From NCBI GenBank assembly GCA_029953675.1, contig JAMWBK010000004.1, forward strand, positions 1,012,001-1,260,000: DNA of 248,000 nucleotides, in the 5' to 3' direction. Source of the DNA: Rhodosorus marinus CCMP1338 (taxonomy: Eukaryota; Plantae; Rhodophyta). The translations under genes were made by a program, and so were the position numbers. A model generated the notes under the pieces. That model worked only from the letters and a program-made list of their open reading frames with translations, was not told the origin of the DNA and did not search any database. Below are positions 54,801 through 68,700 of this stretch, one piece after another; the first letter of the stretch is position 1; each line of letters begins with the position of its first letter.

Positions 54801-57800
54801 TCATACAGATGGAATATTTTTTTGCTGTCGTATTTCAATATGCCTGGGGTGGCGGGAGTCGATATATTGCTGGCATTATTCTGGACTTTACTGGACTTTA
54901 CTAGCATAGCCTGAAGCGCTACGCAAGGCGTGAAGATGAACTAATAACTAGGGAGGGAAGTATGCAACCCCAGGCGCCGATGGCGCGCCTCGGAAAGCAT
55001 GTCGCTGGAATATCGCCAAAGGGAGACACTTAAAAGCCTCAAGAGCGCCAAATATTCAGTAGGATGCTCAGCAAAACATTTCCGCAACCACTCTAAACCC
55101 GACTTATCCACGTGACCAAAGCTTTCCACAATGAATGGCTGGAACCGGTGAGAGCGACCCTCAGCGCAAGGCAGACTGGCCATGCTCTCAGCATACCGTC
55201 GGTCAGGGCGTTCACGGAACAACTCCCGAAGCCAGCGAGAACCAACAGAGTCCATGAACCCAAAGCACTCAATGATCAGGGGTACCAAGCGATCTGCTAG
55301 TGCCGAAGCACGAACACCAGAGGAAGACAAAGCCCCCGCGTATTTGATCTCTTGGAATAAAGGTAGGCAATATTTCGAAACAGACCCTTTTGTGGGCTTT
55401 ACTGGACTTTACTGGACTTTACTGGACTTTACTAGCATAGCCTGAAGCGCTACGCAAGGCGTGAAGATGAACTAATAACTAGGGAGGGAAGCATGCAACC
55501 CCAGGCGCCTATGGCGCGCCTCGGAAAGCATGTCGCTGGAATATCGCCAAAGGGAGACCCTTAAACGGCTTAGTGCCGAAGCACGAACACCAGAGGAAGA
55601 CAAAGCCCCCGCGTATTTGATCTCTTGGAATAAAGGTAGGCAATATTTCGAAACAGACCCTTTTGTGGGCTTTACTGGACTTTACTGGACTTTACTAGCG
55701 TAACCCCGGACTTTACTAGCATAGCATGAAGCGCTACGTAAGGCGTGAAGATGAACTAATAACTAGGGAGGGAAGCATGCAACCCCAGGCGCCGATGGCG
55801 CGCCTCGGAAAGCATGTGGCTTTGTTCTGGCTTTATTAGCATAGCCTACAGCGCTACGCAAACCATGAAAAGGAACTAAGAACTAGGTAGGGAAGCGTGA
55901 AAACCCAGGCGCCGATGGCGCGCCTCGGCAAGCATGCTGCTCGAATATCGTCACAGAGAGACACTTAAGCGCCGCAAAAGTTCCAAGTATTCAACAGGAT
56001 GCTCAGTGAAACATTTCCGTAACCACTCCAAACCCGAATTCTCCTCGTGACCAAAGCTTTCCACAATGAAAGGCTGGAACCGGTGGGAGCGACCCTCAGC
56101 GCGAGGCAGGCTGGCCATACTCTCAGCATACCGTCGTTCCTTCACGCGGCGAAGGGCCGAAGCAGCTGCTCCCCGGCGACGGGCGGCAGCCGTCAGATGG
56201 GAGCTTGCCACAGGGCATGTAATCGCGAGGTCAACATATGCTGAGCGTCTGGCGGCAGCATCGGAGACGAGGAGATCTGCGATACAGCGGGGCGGCGTGC
56301 CCTATCCGAGACCGATCTGGGTAGTTCCGATTCCACCTCAACCGTATGCCCTGCCCGAGTCAGACATTCGCTGAGAATGTACTTGAAGCGAGTGTGACGC
56401 CTCGTACGAAGACCTCTCAACAGTCCGCATGAACCTAAGAAATGGTAACCACAAGCATCGATCCGACTCTCACATCCCTGACAGAAAGACGGGCGATTAG
56501 GGTGCCACGGAGCTTGTGGCAAACCCAGGTAAATCCGTGCGGCATAGCGAAACTGGAAGGCATCCAGACGGTGACCCAGTGCTGACGGCAGGGTCGTTAA
56601 CCACAAATGTGATAGATGGCCTCCCACGCTGCTCGCCTAAGGACCCTCAGGAGTGGAGCGCGGAGGGACCCCGGCCATCACGGAGGAGTGTGCTGAACAG
56701 GAGTTTCACGAAGGAACCCGACCAAAAACTCCCGGACAAACCAGCGCCTCAGACCGAAAACTCGTTCGCAAGAGTCTTGGACAAAGTTGTCACTCCCCAA
56801 ACCGACGCCATGGTGCTCGAGCTCCGCATGTTCACCAAGGGCTCGGAGATTAGGTGGCAGGGAGCCCCTCCAAACTTCACGCGGGCCGAGAAAACGGCAT
56901 TTTTCGGATTCCATGGTTAGACCTACTCCACGTGCGAGTTCTTCGATCTGGGTCAGTCCCCGAGCCAAGTGCTCAGCAGTGCCCAGTAACGTCACGTCGT
57001 CATGGTAGGCACAAATGCGAAGCTCCGGCACCTCAGCCGCCAGTCGCTGGAGCACGAGCTGCAAGGCACCGCGTGAAGTACCGGCCCACAAGGATCACCC
57101 TGTTGAACGCCAGTACGTGCTGCAAAAACAGAGCCCTGCGTTGTCAAGTAAGGGAGGCTTCCCCCTCCGTGAATACCGGATAGGAACGGCCACGCCTATG
57201 GGAATACGCTGCGAATCACCTCCAAAGCATGCGTCCGCGAGACGCTGTCGAACGCGTTACGGAAGCCAACTACCAAAACGCCCCAATCAGGCCTACTGGC
57301 TCGCTCGAGCTCGGTCGTATGGGTGATTAGTTCGCAACCCCTGGAAAATCCCACCCCTACCTGCCAAGGCGCCATAAAGGCGGTGACTCGCTGGCGTAGG
57401 CGCTGGCATAGCCACCTCCCGGCGAGTTTCCGTAGACTCTCAACCATACCGATCGGCCGGAGACGCGGGTGTGCCGGCTCGTGGTCGGGTTTCATTAACA
57501 AGCAAAGCTGTGCCCGTCGCAGATGGTCTCAAGGGTTAGACGCACCCCTGCGACCTGAAACAGCGTATTCAGGATCTTCACCAGGGCGCTTTGGCTAGGC
57601 TTGCTCAAGGCCTGCAGTAATTCCGTTCGTAGCTCAGAGGGTCCAGGGGCAGCGTCCACGACGGGAGGCCCAGAGCAAATCCTCCAGATCGGACTCACGG
57701 AGCGTCAGGTCGATGCGGAACCTGGCCAACTCTGGACGGTCTAAAAATACCTCGAATTCGGGGAGCAAGTCTACGTCGGACGAGGGGTTGAGCAAGCCTG

Positions 57801-58490
57801 GCCAGAACGCCCTGGTGAAGATCCTGAATACGCTGTTTCAGGTCGCAGGGGTGCGTCTAACCCTTGAGACCATCTGCGACGGGCACAGCTTTGCTTGTTA
57901 ATGAAACCCGACCACGAGCCGGCACACCCGCGTCTCCGGCCGATCGGTATGGTTGAGAGTCTACGGAAACTCGCCGGGAGGTGGCTATGCCAGCGCCTAC
58001 GCCAGCGAGTCACCGCCTTTATGGCGCCTTGGCAGGTAGGGGTGGGATTTTCCAGGGGTTGCGAACTAATCACCCATACGACCGAGCTCGAGCGAGCCAG
58101 TAGGCCTGATTGGGGCGTTTTGGTAGTTGGCTTCCGTAACGCGTTCGACAGCGTCTCGCGGACGCATGCTTTGGAGGTGATTCGCAGCGTATTCCCATAG
58201 GCGTGGCCGTTCCTATCCGGTATTCACGGAGGGGGAAGCCTCCCTTACTTGACAACGCAGGGCTCTGTTTTTGCAGCACGTACTGGCGTTCAACAGGGTG
58301 ATCCTTGTGGGCCGGTACTTCACGCGGTGCCTTGCAGCTCGTGCTCCAGCGACTGGCGGCTGAGGTGCCGGAGCTTCGCATTTGTGCCTACCATGACGAC
58401 GTGACGTTACTGGGCACTGCTGAGCACTTGGCTCGGGGACTGACCCAGATCGAAGAACTCGCACGTGGAGTAGGTCTAACCGTAAGCTTT
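51850..58490. mobile_element. Nested CRE A/B cluster containing an A copy (52210..54607), an A/B chimera and a 0.7-kb inverted duplication
   Basis: RT ORF 53258..54607; RLE 52210..53442; identical ORFs on opposite strands (57196..57501 and 57895..58200). Confidence 0.9.
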
Positions 58491-58561
58491 ACTGGGCAGC
58501 TGCCTACTGCAGCGCAACACTACGTCTAATCCTATCTAGGGAGAAACTTACTGGAACCCCG

Positions 58562-59911
58562 CTACCGGGGTCTCATGCTACGTTCAAAAGAAAAAACAGG
58601 CACCAGCGGATTCTCCAGCTGGTCCACGCGCAAAGCGCCTAATGCTATCTCTGCGTTACCTCGCCATAGTTGCCGGTTTATCTGGGATCTCACGTCTCTC
58701 AGCTCCTCACTCCTGTGCAGTAGGTGTTTGCAGCTGTCGCGGAGGAACTCTTGTGCCATTTGCCCCGTACGCCCAAACGTCTCTATTGCTATCGGGATGA
58801 ACTTATCATCCGGTTTCTCGATCACCATCGCTTCCTTGTAGTGAGCGATTTTCCACTTCTCCGCAGCTCTCGCCGCGTATCCGCTATCATCTTGGCTCCG
58901 CCGCAAATATTTTCCCTGTAATGGTGACACCACCGTCACATCCAGCGCATACCTTTGTTTAGTCCTCGGATGCCTAGCAACGATATCAGGTCGCAGTCCG
59001 TAGTTCTCGAAGTACCCCTCAGGTTCTTGCTCTACGTCCATGAAGTTCCATCGCCGTAGCCACCGTGCCAGCTCTCTGCAGATTTCGTCATGCCTACGTT
59101 GCCACAGTCCAGTTGATGTTGGGCAGTGATGAAACCGTTGTACCCCAGTCCTTCCGTGTTTACTCCGGCAACTAGTGCACTTCTCGGTGGTCCGCAATCC
59201 CGGAATTGGCAGACCCAGCAGTTGTCGAACGTTTACCTGCATCTCAACCGCACTCAATTTTTTCGGTGTCAGCGTTGGTATTTCACGTAGCCAGACTCCC
59301 GACCCGGATCCCGCTGCAGACCGTATTCGAGCTCGGTTTTCAGGGGAGATTCGAGCTCGGTTTTCAGGGGAGATTCGTGGGTTGGTGACCAGCTTTTGGA
59401 ATGCACAATGGTGTGCCTCTCGAGAGAGGGTTTGTTGTATTGAACCATTATTCCAAGCTGCAGTCTCGCCCGGGGCGCTTCGAAGAGATGTTTCTCGCGG
59501 TTGTTGCAGGGTTGTCAGTGCCAAGATCCGCGGCGGGGTTTCTGCTCCGAGCCTCCGTTGTATTGCTCGCGACGATGCACAGATCTGGTCCGCCAGCTGT
59601 GCAGTCGACCATCGTTGATCCATCGGCTCGTATGTGTCTGGTGAGCGTTCTGCCGTAACCTCCCGCTCTAGTTCAGTCAGGTATGGCCATTCATCTTCAT
59701 TGTTCCGGAAGGTGTTTCTCCATGACGAGTAAAACGCGATGGGTTGGACGCGCTTTCGAGTAGCGAAACCCAAACCTCCCCAGCGGCAGGGCAGAGCGAT
59801 TTGGTCCGAGATCAGCTCTGCGTACTCATCGTCCTCTACAGTTTCGAGAAACGATTTAGAAAATCTACCTGGCACGGAACATCCTTCCAATCTCCTCAAT
59901 GAGGATGGCAA
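58562..59911 (-). mobile_element. CRE family C ORF, 3' half (post-RT region, CCHC finger, PD-type RLE)
   Basis: ALPCRWGGLG; CTSC..FHHC; RRHDEI; LRPDIV..LDVTV; K..HY; FIPIAIETFG. Confidence 0.88.
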
Positions 59912-59989
59912 GGTGAAGCCGAGCGAGGCGTTAATTACCCAAGCAAAATACGAGGCTGGCTTCTTCTCGTTCTTCTGAGGCGGACGAGC

Positions 59990-62462
59990 TGCAGAAGGAA
60001 CAGTTTTTACTTAAGGCCGCATACAAATTCCCAGTGACAAGGCTGACACCAGAACCAGAAAAACAAGCACAAGAGTGTCGCCACGTACCCATGGAATCCG
60101 AAAAATGCCGTTTTCTCGGCCCGCGTGAAGTTTCGAGGGGCTCCATGCCACCTAATCTCCGAGCCCTTGGTGAACATGCGGGGCTCGAGCACCATGGCGT
60201 CGGTTTGGGGAGTGACAACTTTGTCCAAGACTCTTGCGAACGAGTTTTTGCGCGCCATAAACAGCTCACCGACGCCATTGAGCGCCTACCGGATAGCATG
60301 CTCCAATCGGCTGGCCTGCTCTCCCGCTTTTATGCCGGCCCCCGACTGAATTACTGGCTGCGAAGTCTTCCACCGCACTGGTGCTCGTGGATGGCAGGCA
60401 AGGCGGACGAGGCGACGCTGAAGCACTGGGGAACGCTCCTGGATGAACCCCTGGACTTGGAAGCGGCTCCTGACAGGGGCCTAATTCGTGGCCAGATTGC
60501 CGTACCTTTACTATTAGGCGGATTTGGAGTGGCCGACCGTGGACTCGTATGCTCGGCAGCGGCGGTCGCCTCCTGGGCTACCGCGCATCGCACCTTGGTG
60601 AGTTTTCGGATGCGAAGTGCTTGCCTTTTGGCTAGAGCACTGACTATCGAAGAACCCGTGACCCTTCCGCCGCCGCTTTTGAGTATCTATGATGCTCTGC
60701 ATCAGGCGTTCAGTAAGTGCAACGCCGTGCCGGACGAGAGCCGATCCAGATTTCGCTCCTGGAAGGAGCTGTTATGGGGACGAACTGAGGCGCTCTAGGA
60801 CTCTCCAATCTACAGAGTACTCGCCGACGAGGGGGAAGCTAGCCCCGGGTCACCGGTTGCCGATTTCCCGGGTTTGAGCCGATTGTGGAGCTCGCGCACT
60901 GATGTGATTCAACATAGCCTCACCTGTGGCCAACACAGTGCCGCTCCCGCAATCTTGCTCAACTCTCCCCTCACACCGCCTACCACCGCTCGCCTCCGCG
61001 CCATGGGAGGCCATCTATCACATTTTTTTATATTTTTTGTGGTTAACGACCCTGCCGTCAGCACTGGGTCACCGTCTGGATGCCTTCCAGTTTCGCTCTG
61101 CCGCACGGACTTACCTGGGTTTGCCACACGCTCCGTGGCACTCTAATCGCCCGTCTTTCTGTCAGGGATGTGAGAGTCGGATCGATGCTTGTGGTTACCA
61201 TTTCTTAGGTTCATGCGGACTGTTGAGAGGTCTTCGTACGAGGCGTCACACTCGCTTCAAGTACATTCTCAGCGAATGTTTGACTCGGGCAGGGCATACG
61301 GTTGAGGTGGAATCGGACTACCCAGATCGGTCTCGGATAGGGCACCGCCCTATGCGGCTGTATCGCAGATCTCCTCTTCTCCGATGCTGCTGCCAGACGC
61401 TCAGCATATGTTGACCTCGCGATTACATGGCCTGCGGCAAGCGCCCATCTGACGGCTGCCGCCCGTCGCCGGGGAGCAGCTGCTTCGGCCCTTCGCCGCG
61501 TGAAGGAACGACGGTATGCTGAGAGTATGGCCAGCCTGCCTCGTGCGGAGGGTCGCTCCCACCGTTTCCAGCCTTTCATTGTGGAAAGCTTTGGTCATGT
61601 GGAGAAGTCGGGTTTGGAGTGGTTACGGAAATGCTTCACTGAGCACTTTTGCGGCGCTTAAAGTTCTCTCTGTGACGATATTCGAGCAGCATGCTTGCCG
61701 AGGCGCGCCATCGGCGCCTGGGTTTGCACGCTTCCCTACCTAGTTCTTAGTTCCTTTCACGGTTTGCGTAGCGCCGTAAGCTGTGCTAATAAAACCAGTG
61801 CCAGTAACACTGGTTTTATTAGCACAGCGAGTGTGACGCCTCGTACGGAGACCTGTTGCGAGGTCTCCGTACGAGGCGTCACACTCGCCTCAAGTACATC
61901 CTCAGCGAATTTTTGACTCGGATAGGGCATACGGTTGAGGTTGAGTCGGAACTGCCCAGATCAATCTCGGACTCCGCACCGCCCCGTTGTATAGCCGATC
62001 TCCTCGTCTCTGACGCTGCTGCCAGACGCTCAACATATGTGGACCTTGTGATTACCTGCCCCGTGGCCAGCGCCCACCTCACCGCAGCCGCCCGCCGCCG
62101 GGGGGCCGCGGCTTCAGCCCTTCGAAGAGTTAAGGAACGACGGTATGCTGAGAGCATGGCCAGTCTGCCTTGCGCTGAGGGTCGCTCTCACCGGTTCCAG
62201 CCATTCATTGTGGAAAGCTTTGGTCACGTGGATAAGTCGGGTTTAGAGTGGTTGCGGAAATGTTTTGCTGAGCATCCTACTGAATATTTGGCGCTCTTGA
62301 GGCGTTTAAGTGTCTCCCTTTGGCGATATTCCAGCGACATGCTTTCCGAGGCGCGCCATCGGCGCCTGGGGTTGCATACTTCCCTCCCTAGTTATTAGTT
62401 CATCTTCACGCCTTGCGTAGCGCTTCAGGCTATGCTAGTAAAGTCCAGTAAAGCCCAGTAAA
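59990..62462 (+). mobile_element. Two tandem truncated CRE family B copies with a fold-back junction at 61780-61887
   Basis: ORFs 60034..60798 and 61856..62398; tails AGTAAAGTCCAGTAAAGCCC. Confidence 0.9.
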
Positions 62463-63363
62463 GGGAATAAAGCCTGTAGACTAGTGGAAGAGGTGGTAAG
62501 GACTTGGAGTAGAACAAGCACATTCCGCGAGGGAGGACGGCATTCGGTCGTTATCGAACCATTTCTCGGACGAAGGTTCTTACTTATTTTCTATCCAGGT
62601 TCGATATGCTTGTATTGGATGGAAGTCCGCAGTAAAGGGCACCTTTTTATAGGTTCGATAAATGTTGCTCGGACCGTTCGATATTCATCTATCGCCACTG
62701 GACTTATTGTTTTATCGGAAAGAGATAACAAACCGCTTCCAACCGGATTGTGGTGTATGAACGCTGCTTTATGTTGGAGGCGTGCGATCCGCGCATAGTC
62801 TTTCTTTCCGCTGCGGGGTTTATTCTTTCAGTCTCCGATTAGGCAAATTCATTCGTTCCACCCTGGTCATTGAGCCTTTGGGTTTATGGATTCCGTTGGT
62901 TCTCGTTGGCTTCGGGAGTTAGGTCCGCGAACGTCCTTATCGTCTCTCCTCGTTGTTTACCCGTTCAAGTTTCTTGCTGTGGCGTAGGAACGCTGCTTTC
63001 TTGTTGGAGGCGCGAGATCTTCGCCACCCGTAGTCATTTTCTTCCCCTCGGGGTTGCCTTTCTTCCAGTCCCGGATTTAACAAAGGCACGCAGTAGCCAA
63101 GGCCCAACGTACGCTGGTCGTACATTTTAAAACCTTCAGACTGTTCCCATCGCCAACGGTTTTTTAGTTTTCTGGTTACCACTTTTCGGACTCCTCAGCA
63201 AATGGGTTTATTCCGTTACTGGAAGAAAATCATGTTTTTGTCGCTTTTTATTTTTTGTATTTTTGTATTTCCCTTCAATACTTTCTATCTATATCACTTT
63301 GGGAGGGGTTCCGCCCATCCACTTAGCGCGATGCAATTTCCATGCTCACGCGCGCAGATGCCA

Positions 63364-63945
63364 CTATAATATGTTGCAGAAATAAGCTATAGAGCAGATT
63401 TGTCGGAATGGTTTCTTCGCATCGGGCGTTCTGCAGCTAGAGTTTGCATTCTCCTGTGTCATATACACTCGCTCAGGCGCCCCACCGTTCACACTGACCA
63501 CGGCAAATGCGTATAGGTCGAAGGTGGGGTATCCACAGCACGATGCGAGCTGTTGCACCTTGATCCTTCTGGGACAAATGGTTATATCGGCACTGTGAAC
63601 CGTCTTTCCCTCGACCTGAGGAACACGCTTCTTCCGTGGGAATCTGTCCTTGCCAGTAGGCGTTCTCCGATCTGAAACAGGGAAGAGTCCTGCCCTGAGC
63701 TTCAGGAGACCGACCTCTTCCAATGTTGTAAATGTCCCTAAATAACAGTGTCTGTTCGCTCGGCTGACGTCCATAGACCACACTATCCTCCCGCGTAGTA
63801 GCCCGTCAGCGTCCACGAGCTCCGCGTTCGAAGCACTGGCAAAAAATTTCTTGAACCTGGGCTCATCAGAGCATGGAAGTAGTTCGGAACTGACAAGACC
63901 CAGCAGCGCCAGGCTGAACACAACAAACGTGACGGCTCTCACCAT
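63364..63945 (-). CDS. Small secreted protein made of the shared Cys-rich domain alone
   Basis: Signal peptide MVRAVTFVVFSLALLGLVSS; CYLGTF, ICP..CC, CSIAYFC. Confidence 0.75.
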   Translation of the reverse strand: MVRAVTFVVFSLALLGLVSSELLPCSDEPRFKKFFASASNAELVDADGLLRGRIVWSMDVSRANRHCYLGTFTTLEEVGLLKLRAGLFPVSDRRTPTGKDRFPRKKRVPQVEGKTVHSADITICPRRIKVQQLASCCGYPTFDLYAFAVVSVNGGAPERVYMTQENANSSCRTPDAKKPFRQICSIAYFCNIL

Positions 63946-65029
63946 CTTACCTCTGCACTCAACCACTCCCTGCGAGTCCTACTCCTCCTTATCGACGAAC
64001 ACAAAAGCCACAGCTAAAAATATTTGCTGCCAAGCTCTGTCAACCTCACTACACCATCTGAGACCTAGAGCATATGTATTTATAGCCAACTGGGCCAGCT
64101 TGTCAAAGCGCACCTGAAGATATCCAGAGAGTACACGTAAGAATTTTGCACGCTTCCCTACCTAGTTCTTAGTTCCTTTTCACGGTTTGCGTAGCGCTGT
64201 AGGCTATGCTAATAAAACCAGAATAAGTAAAGCGACCACCAATACCAATGAAACCCACAAAAAAAAACAGATTGTTCCTGGGTGAAAGGAACCAAGCGTG
64301 CTAGTGGTGTGCTCGGGAGTAGGTAGCAGGCGAATAACGGCTGCCGGGCATGGTCGTGTCCGTCGCAAGCGCCAATAACCCGGCCTCCAACTATCACTTA
64401 ATGGTCAGTCAAACGGATTTTCACTAAGGATACAGAGCTTTTCGTCAAAGTGAGCAATCCTTATATCTATCTAAGCGAAGTAGCACTGTAAGTTGCACAC
64501 AACGGTAGGAAACACCTAGTAACCCACAGGGGACGAGCATAGGGGAAGTAAAACTATCAACTGTTTGGGAGCCGTCAGCCGGCACTTGGCGCTCACGGAA
64601 CAGTCATTCATCGAAGCCAACGGGAGCTAAACGATTTTGATTAATTAACGAGATCTTCGCAAAGCTTCCATATTTCAGAAGAAAATACGCTGTGTACCGT
64701 ACATACCGCGGACATGGGAGAATACTGGTGGTTTGCTGAACCAATCGGCGTGAACAAAAAAACAATGTTGGCGTCACTAAATACGGACGAGAGAAATCAG
64801 CCCTACCTCCCCCCTCCTCCCCTACCCCCCAACTTCCTCCCTCTTCAGCCGTTTTAGTGAAATATAAGCCAGTGAAATCTATGATGATTCTGAAGCATCA
64901 CCGTTTTATTAGAGACAGGAAGAGGAAGGGGGAAAAGCCCAAAGTTTTTGATGCAGCAGTCGTTGTAGCGCCGAAGCATGGCATACTTAGAGTTCTCGGT
65001 GGGATGACAAGTTGTGCTATATAAGACTA

Positions 65030-65345
65030 AAAACATCGTTGGGAAAGAAAGACTACTGACGCCTACACGACATCCCGCCTCTCCAACGGACAAAAAAAGG
65101 AAAAAAAGAAAGAAAGACGTTGGGAAACAAGGGTTGCTGACGTCGTAATATGAATGAACGTTGTAGCCTGGCGTCGTTCTAACAGCAAATAAAGCCAGAC
65201 AAACAAGAAAGACAAAAAAGACGTTGGGAAACAAGGGTTGCTGACGTCGTACATGAATGAACGTTGCAGCCTGGCGTCGTTCTAACAGCTAACAAAGCCA
65301 GACAAACAAGAAAGACAAAAAAGGACGTTGGGAAACGGTTGGACT
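65030..65345 (+). repeat. About 110-bp tandem repeat x3
   Basis: GACGTTGGGAAACAAGGGTTGCTGACGTCGTA units. Confidence 0.85.
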
Positions 65346-65789
65346 CCTACTTCACGATGGATGCCACTTCTGTGCTTTATTTGCGAGGGGGTCCCTGCCC
65401 GGGAAAATCTGGCGTTTCCTAGGTGTCGTGGTCCGGAGGGGGGGTTTACTGTTTCCGTTGGGTGCGCCAGAGAGGTGTGGTATTCGTTTATTCTGTATTA
65501 CGGGTTCTAACTTGGTTGGTTCTGCTATTCGACAAAAGTAAGCCAACTGTATCTGAAAAGTCAAGCTTTGAGTGGCTGCGTAAGTATTTTACCGAACATC
65601 CTGAAGAATTTCTGGTGCTCCTCCACCGCCCTTCAAGTATCGCTCTCTGGCGGTATTCTAGCAACATGCTCGCCGAGGGGCGCGCGCCGCCGCCTGATCT
65701 TACATGCTCTTCTCCCTAGTCCCTAGTTTCCTTTTACGTCGTGCGTAGCGCACATAACTATGTTAATAAAGATTATCAAAGCCCATTGG

Positions 65790-68700
65790 AGTATTCGTGA
65801 GGGTGTCCGGTGCCAGTTTTCGGTTGTTTTGCGTGGCAAGTGGGTTCTTCGGTGGGAGGCGCTTCTCTCTGCTGCCTTTCCCCCCGTTTTTTCGGGTTTT
65901 GTTGTTGGTAGTCGGGTCATTCACCTTTTCGTTGTTGGGTCGTGACGGGAATTTTGCTCCTGTGGAGTTGAGTGGTGTGTGTTTTCGGCGGGGGAATTGG
66001 TGGTTAAAGTATCGTCATTAAATTCTCTCGTAATGGTAGGGGTAAGAGTGGTGGGGAAGGGGAGGAAAATGAGGGCAAGTCAGTGGAGAACGCCCCTATT
66101 ACTTTGTTGAAGCCCGAGGGAGCTATACCTTGAGCCTCGCGGAGTGGGTGGCTGACAACTCTGGTGAGGTTAGGCGGAAAACGTGCTAGGACCGACTCCC
66201 CCGGGTCTAAGGGGGAGAAACAGGATTAGCTCCCCGCGTACGGCTATGAGGTCGCAGCCGATGGTTTTGCAGTCTTATGTCATGAAGGAGGGCGGAGACT
66301 GGGGCGTTTGGAGTACGCGTTTATGAAGTTGGCTCCGGCATTGGATCTCTTTGGAAGGAGCCTTCCTTCCCCTCCGTGGCAGAATTCCGCCTGTCGTCCT
66401 ACCTCGTGGCGAGCTCTTAGTGGCTGGGACCATCCTGGACTTCATCTTCACGAGGCTGGCGAGTAACCTTCGGGACACCGTCATGTGGGAATTTCTGGGG
66501 GTCATGCCGCGCCTGAGTCTGCCCCAACTCACACGCCGGAGCGCAGATGGCGTGTCCGAGATCGGCTTGCCATGTTCCTGAAAGGGGAATTCGAGGTGTT
66601 ACAGGAAAGCTACTTGGCGTCGTGGGAACCATCCGTTGGTCGGACCCGGGCGGAACCGTCTCGCCCCTGACGGCTCGAGTGCAGAAATTGGTAGCGGTGG
66701 GCGACTTGAGTCGAGCGGCGCGAGTTCTGGAGGGCCAGGCGCCTGCCCTCCCCTACGAAGAAAATCTCGCCCAGACGGTGTCATCTTTGTTCCCCTCGTC
66801 CGACGCGGACTTGCTACCCGAATTCGAAGCATTCTTGGACCGTCCGGAGTTGGCCCGGTTTCAAATCGACCTGAGTCTCAACGAGTCTGATCTGGAGGAT
66901 TTGCTTCGTACCTCGCGTCGTGGACGCTGTGCTGGACCCTCAGGGCTTCGAACCGAGTTATTGCAGGCCTTGGGCAAGCCTGGCCGGAGCGCGCTGCTCA
67001 AGATCCTGAACAAACTGTTCCAGGGCACATCGGGTGCGTCTGCCCCTTGGGAACAGCTCCGAAGGGCACAAGTTTGCTTGCTCACGAAGCCTGGCCATCA
67101 TCCGGCCCACCCGCGTCTCCGGCTGATCGGTATGGTCGAGAGCCCACGGAAGCTAGCCGGAAGCTGGCTATGCCAGCGCCTTCGCCAGTGGTTCACGGCT
67201 TTCATGGCGCCCTTGCAAAGTGGGGGTGGGATTTTCGGGGGGTTGCGAATTGATCACCCATGGGATCGAGCTGGAGCGTGCCTGTAGACCGGACTGGGGA
67301 GTTTTGGTGGTTGATTTTCGAAACGCATTCAACAGCGTCTCGCGGACGCATGCGTTAGAGGTGATCCGACGGGTTTTTCCGGAGGCGTGGCCCTTCCTCT
67401 CTGGTCTTTACGGAAGGGGGAGCCTCCCCTACTGCACCAGGGAGGGCACTGTTTTCCAAGCACATACTGGAGTCCAACAAGGCGATCCTTGTGGGCCTCT
67501 AATGCATGCCTGTGCCTTGCACCTCGTTCTCCTGCGTCTCGCGACTGAGGTACCGGCTCTTCGTATCTACGCCTATCACGACCACGTGATCTTGCTGGGC
67601 GCCCCTGAAACCCTGGCTCGGGGTTTGACCCCAGATCGAAGCGATTGCACGTGGAGTAGGTCTGACGGTGGAACCTGAAAAGTGTCGTTTTCTCGCTCCA
67701 AGTGAAGTTTCAATGGCCTTTCTGCCATCTACTCTACGAACCATAGGCGAACGTGAAGGGTTGGAGCACCACGGTGTCGGTTTCGGGAGCAACAACTTCG
67801 TCCAAGTCTCTTGCGAACGAGTTTTGACTCGGCACAAGCAGCTCACTGACGCCATTGAGCGCCTTCCAGACAGCATGCCGCAATCGGCCTGCTTCCTTTC
67901 CCACTTTTGTGCCGGTCCCCGACTCAACTACTAGTTGCGTAGCCTACCACTCGACGGGGGTTCGTGGATCGCCGCCAAGCCGACGAGATGAGGCTGAACC
68001 ACTGGGGCACGCTCTTGGATGAACCCCTCGATCTTGAAGCGGCTCCCGACAGGGACTTAATTCGTGCCAAGCTCGCTCTACCGTTGCGCTTAGGGGGATT
68101 TGGTGTCGGTCGCAGATCGGGGACTCGTGTGCTCGCCTGGGGGCGGTCGCCTCCTGGGCAATCGCGCTCCGTACCTTGGTGACTTTCCGGATACAAAGTG
68201 CCTGCCTTTTGGCTCGAGCACTGACTAGCGAGGACCCAGTGACCCTTCCGCCCCAGCTTTTGACTATCTATGATGGTCTACAACAGGCGTTCCGGAAGTG
68301 CAACGCCGTGCCGGACGAGAATCGATCCCGTTTTCGATCCTGGCGGGAACTGCTATGGGGACGAACTGAGGCGATTGAGGACTCACCCATTGACAGAGTT
68401 CTTGCCGATGAGGTAGAAGCTAGCCCCGGGTCACCTGTTGCAGATTACCCAGGTCTGAGCCGATTGTCGAGCTCCCGCACTGGTGTGATTCAACCTAGCC
68501 TCACCTGGGGCCAACACAGTGCCGCTCACGCAATCTTGCTCAACACTCCCCTCACACCGCCTACCACCGCCGCTCGCCTTCGCGGCATGGGAGGCCATCT
68601 CTCGTACCTGTGGTTATCCACTCTGCCTTCGTCGCCGGGTCACCGTCTAGATGCCTTCCAGTTCCGCTCTGCCGCACGGATCTACTTAGGTTTGCCACAA

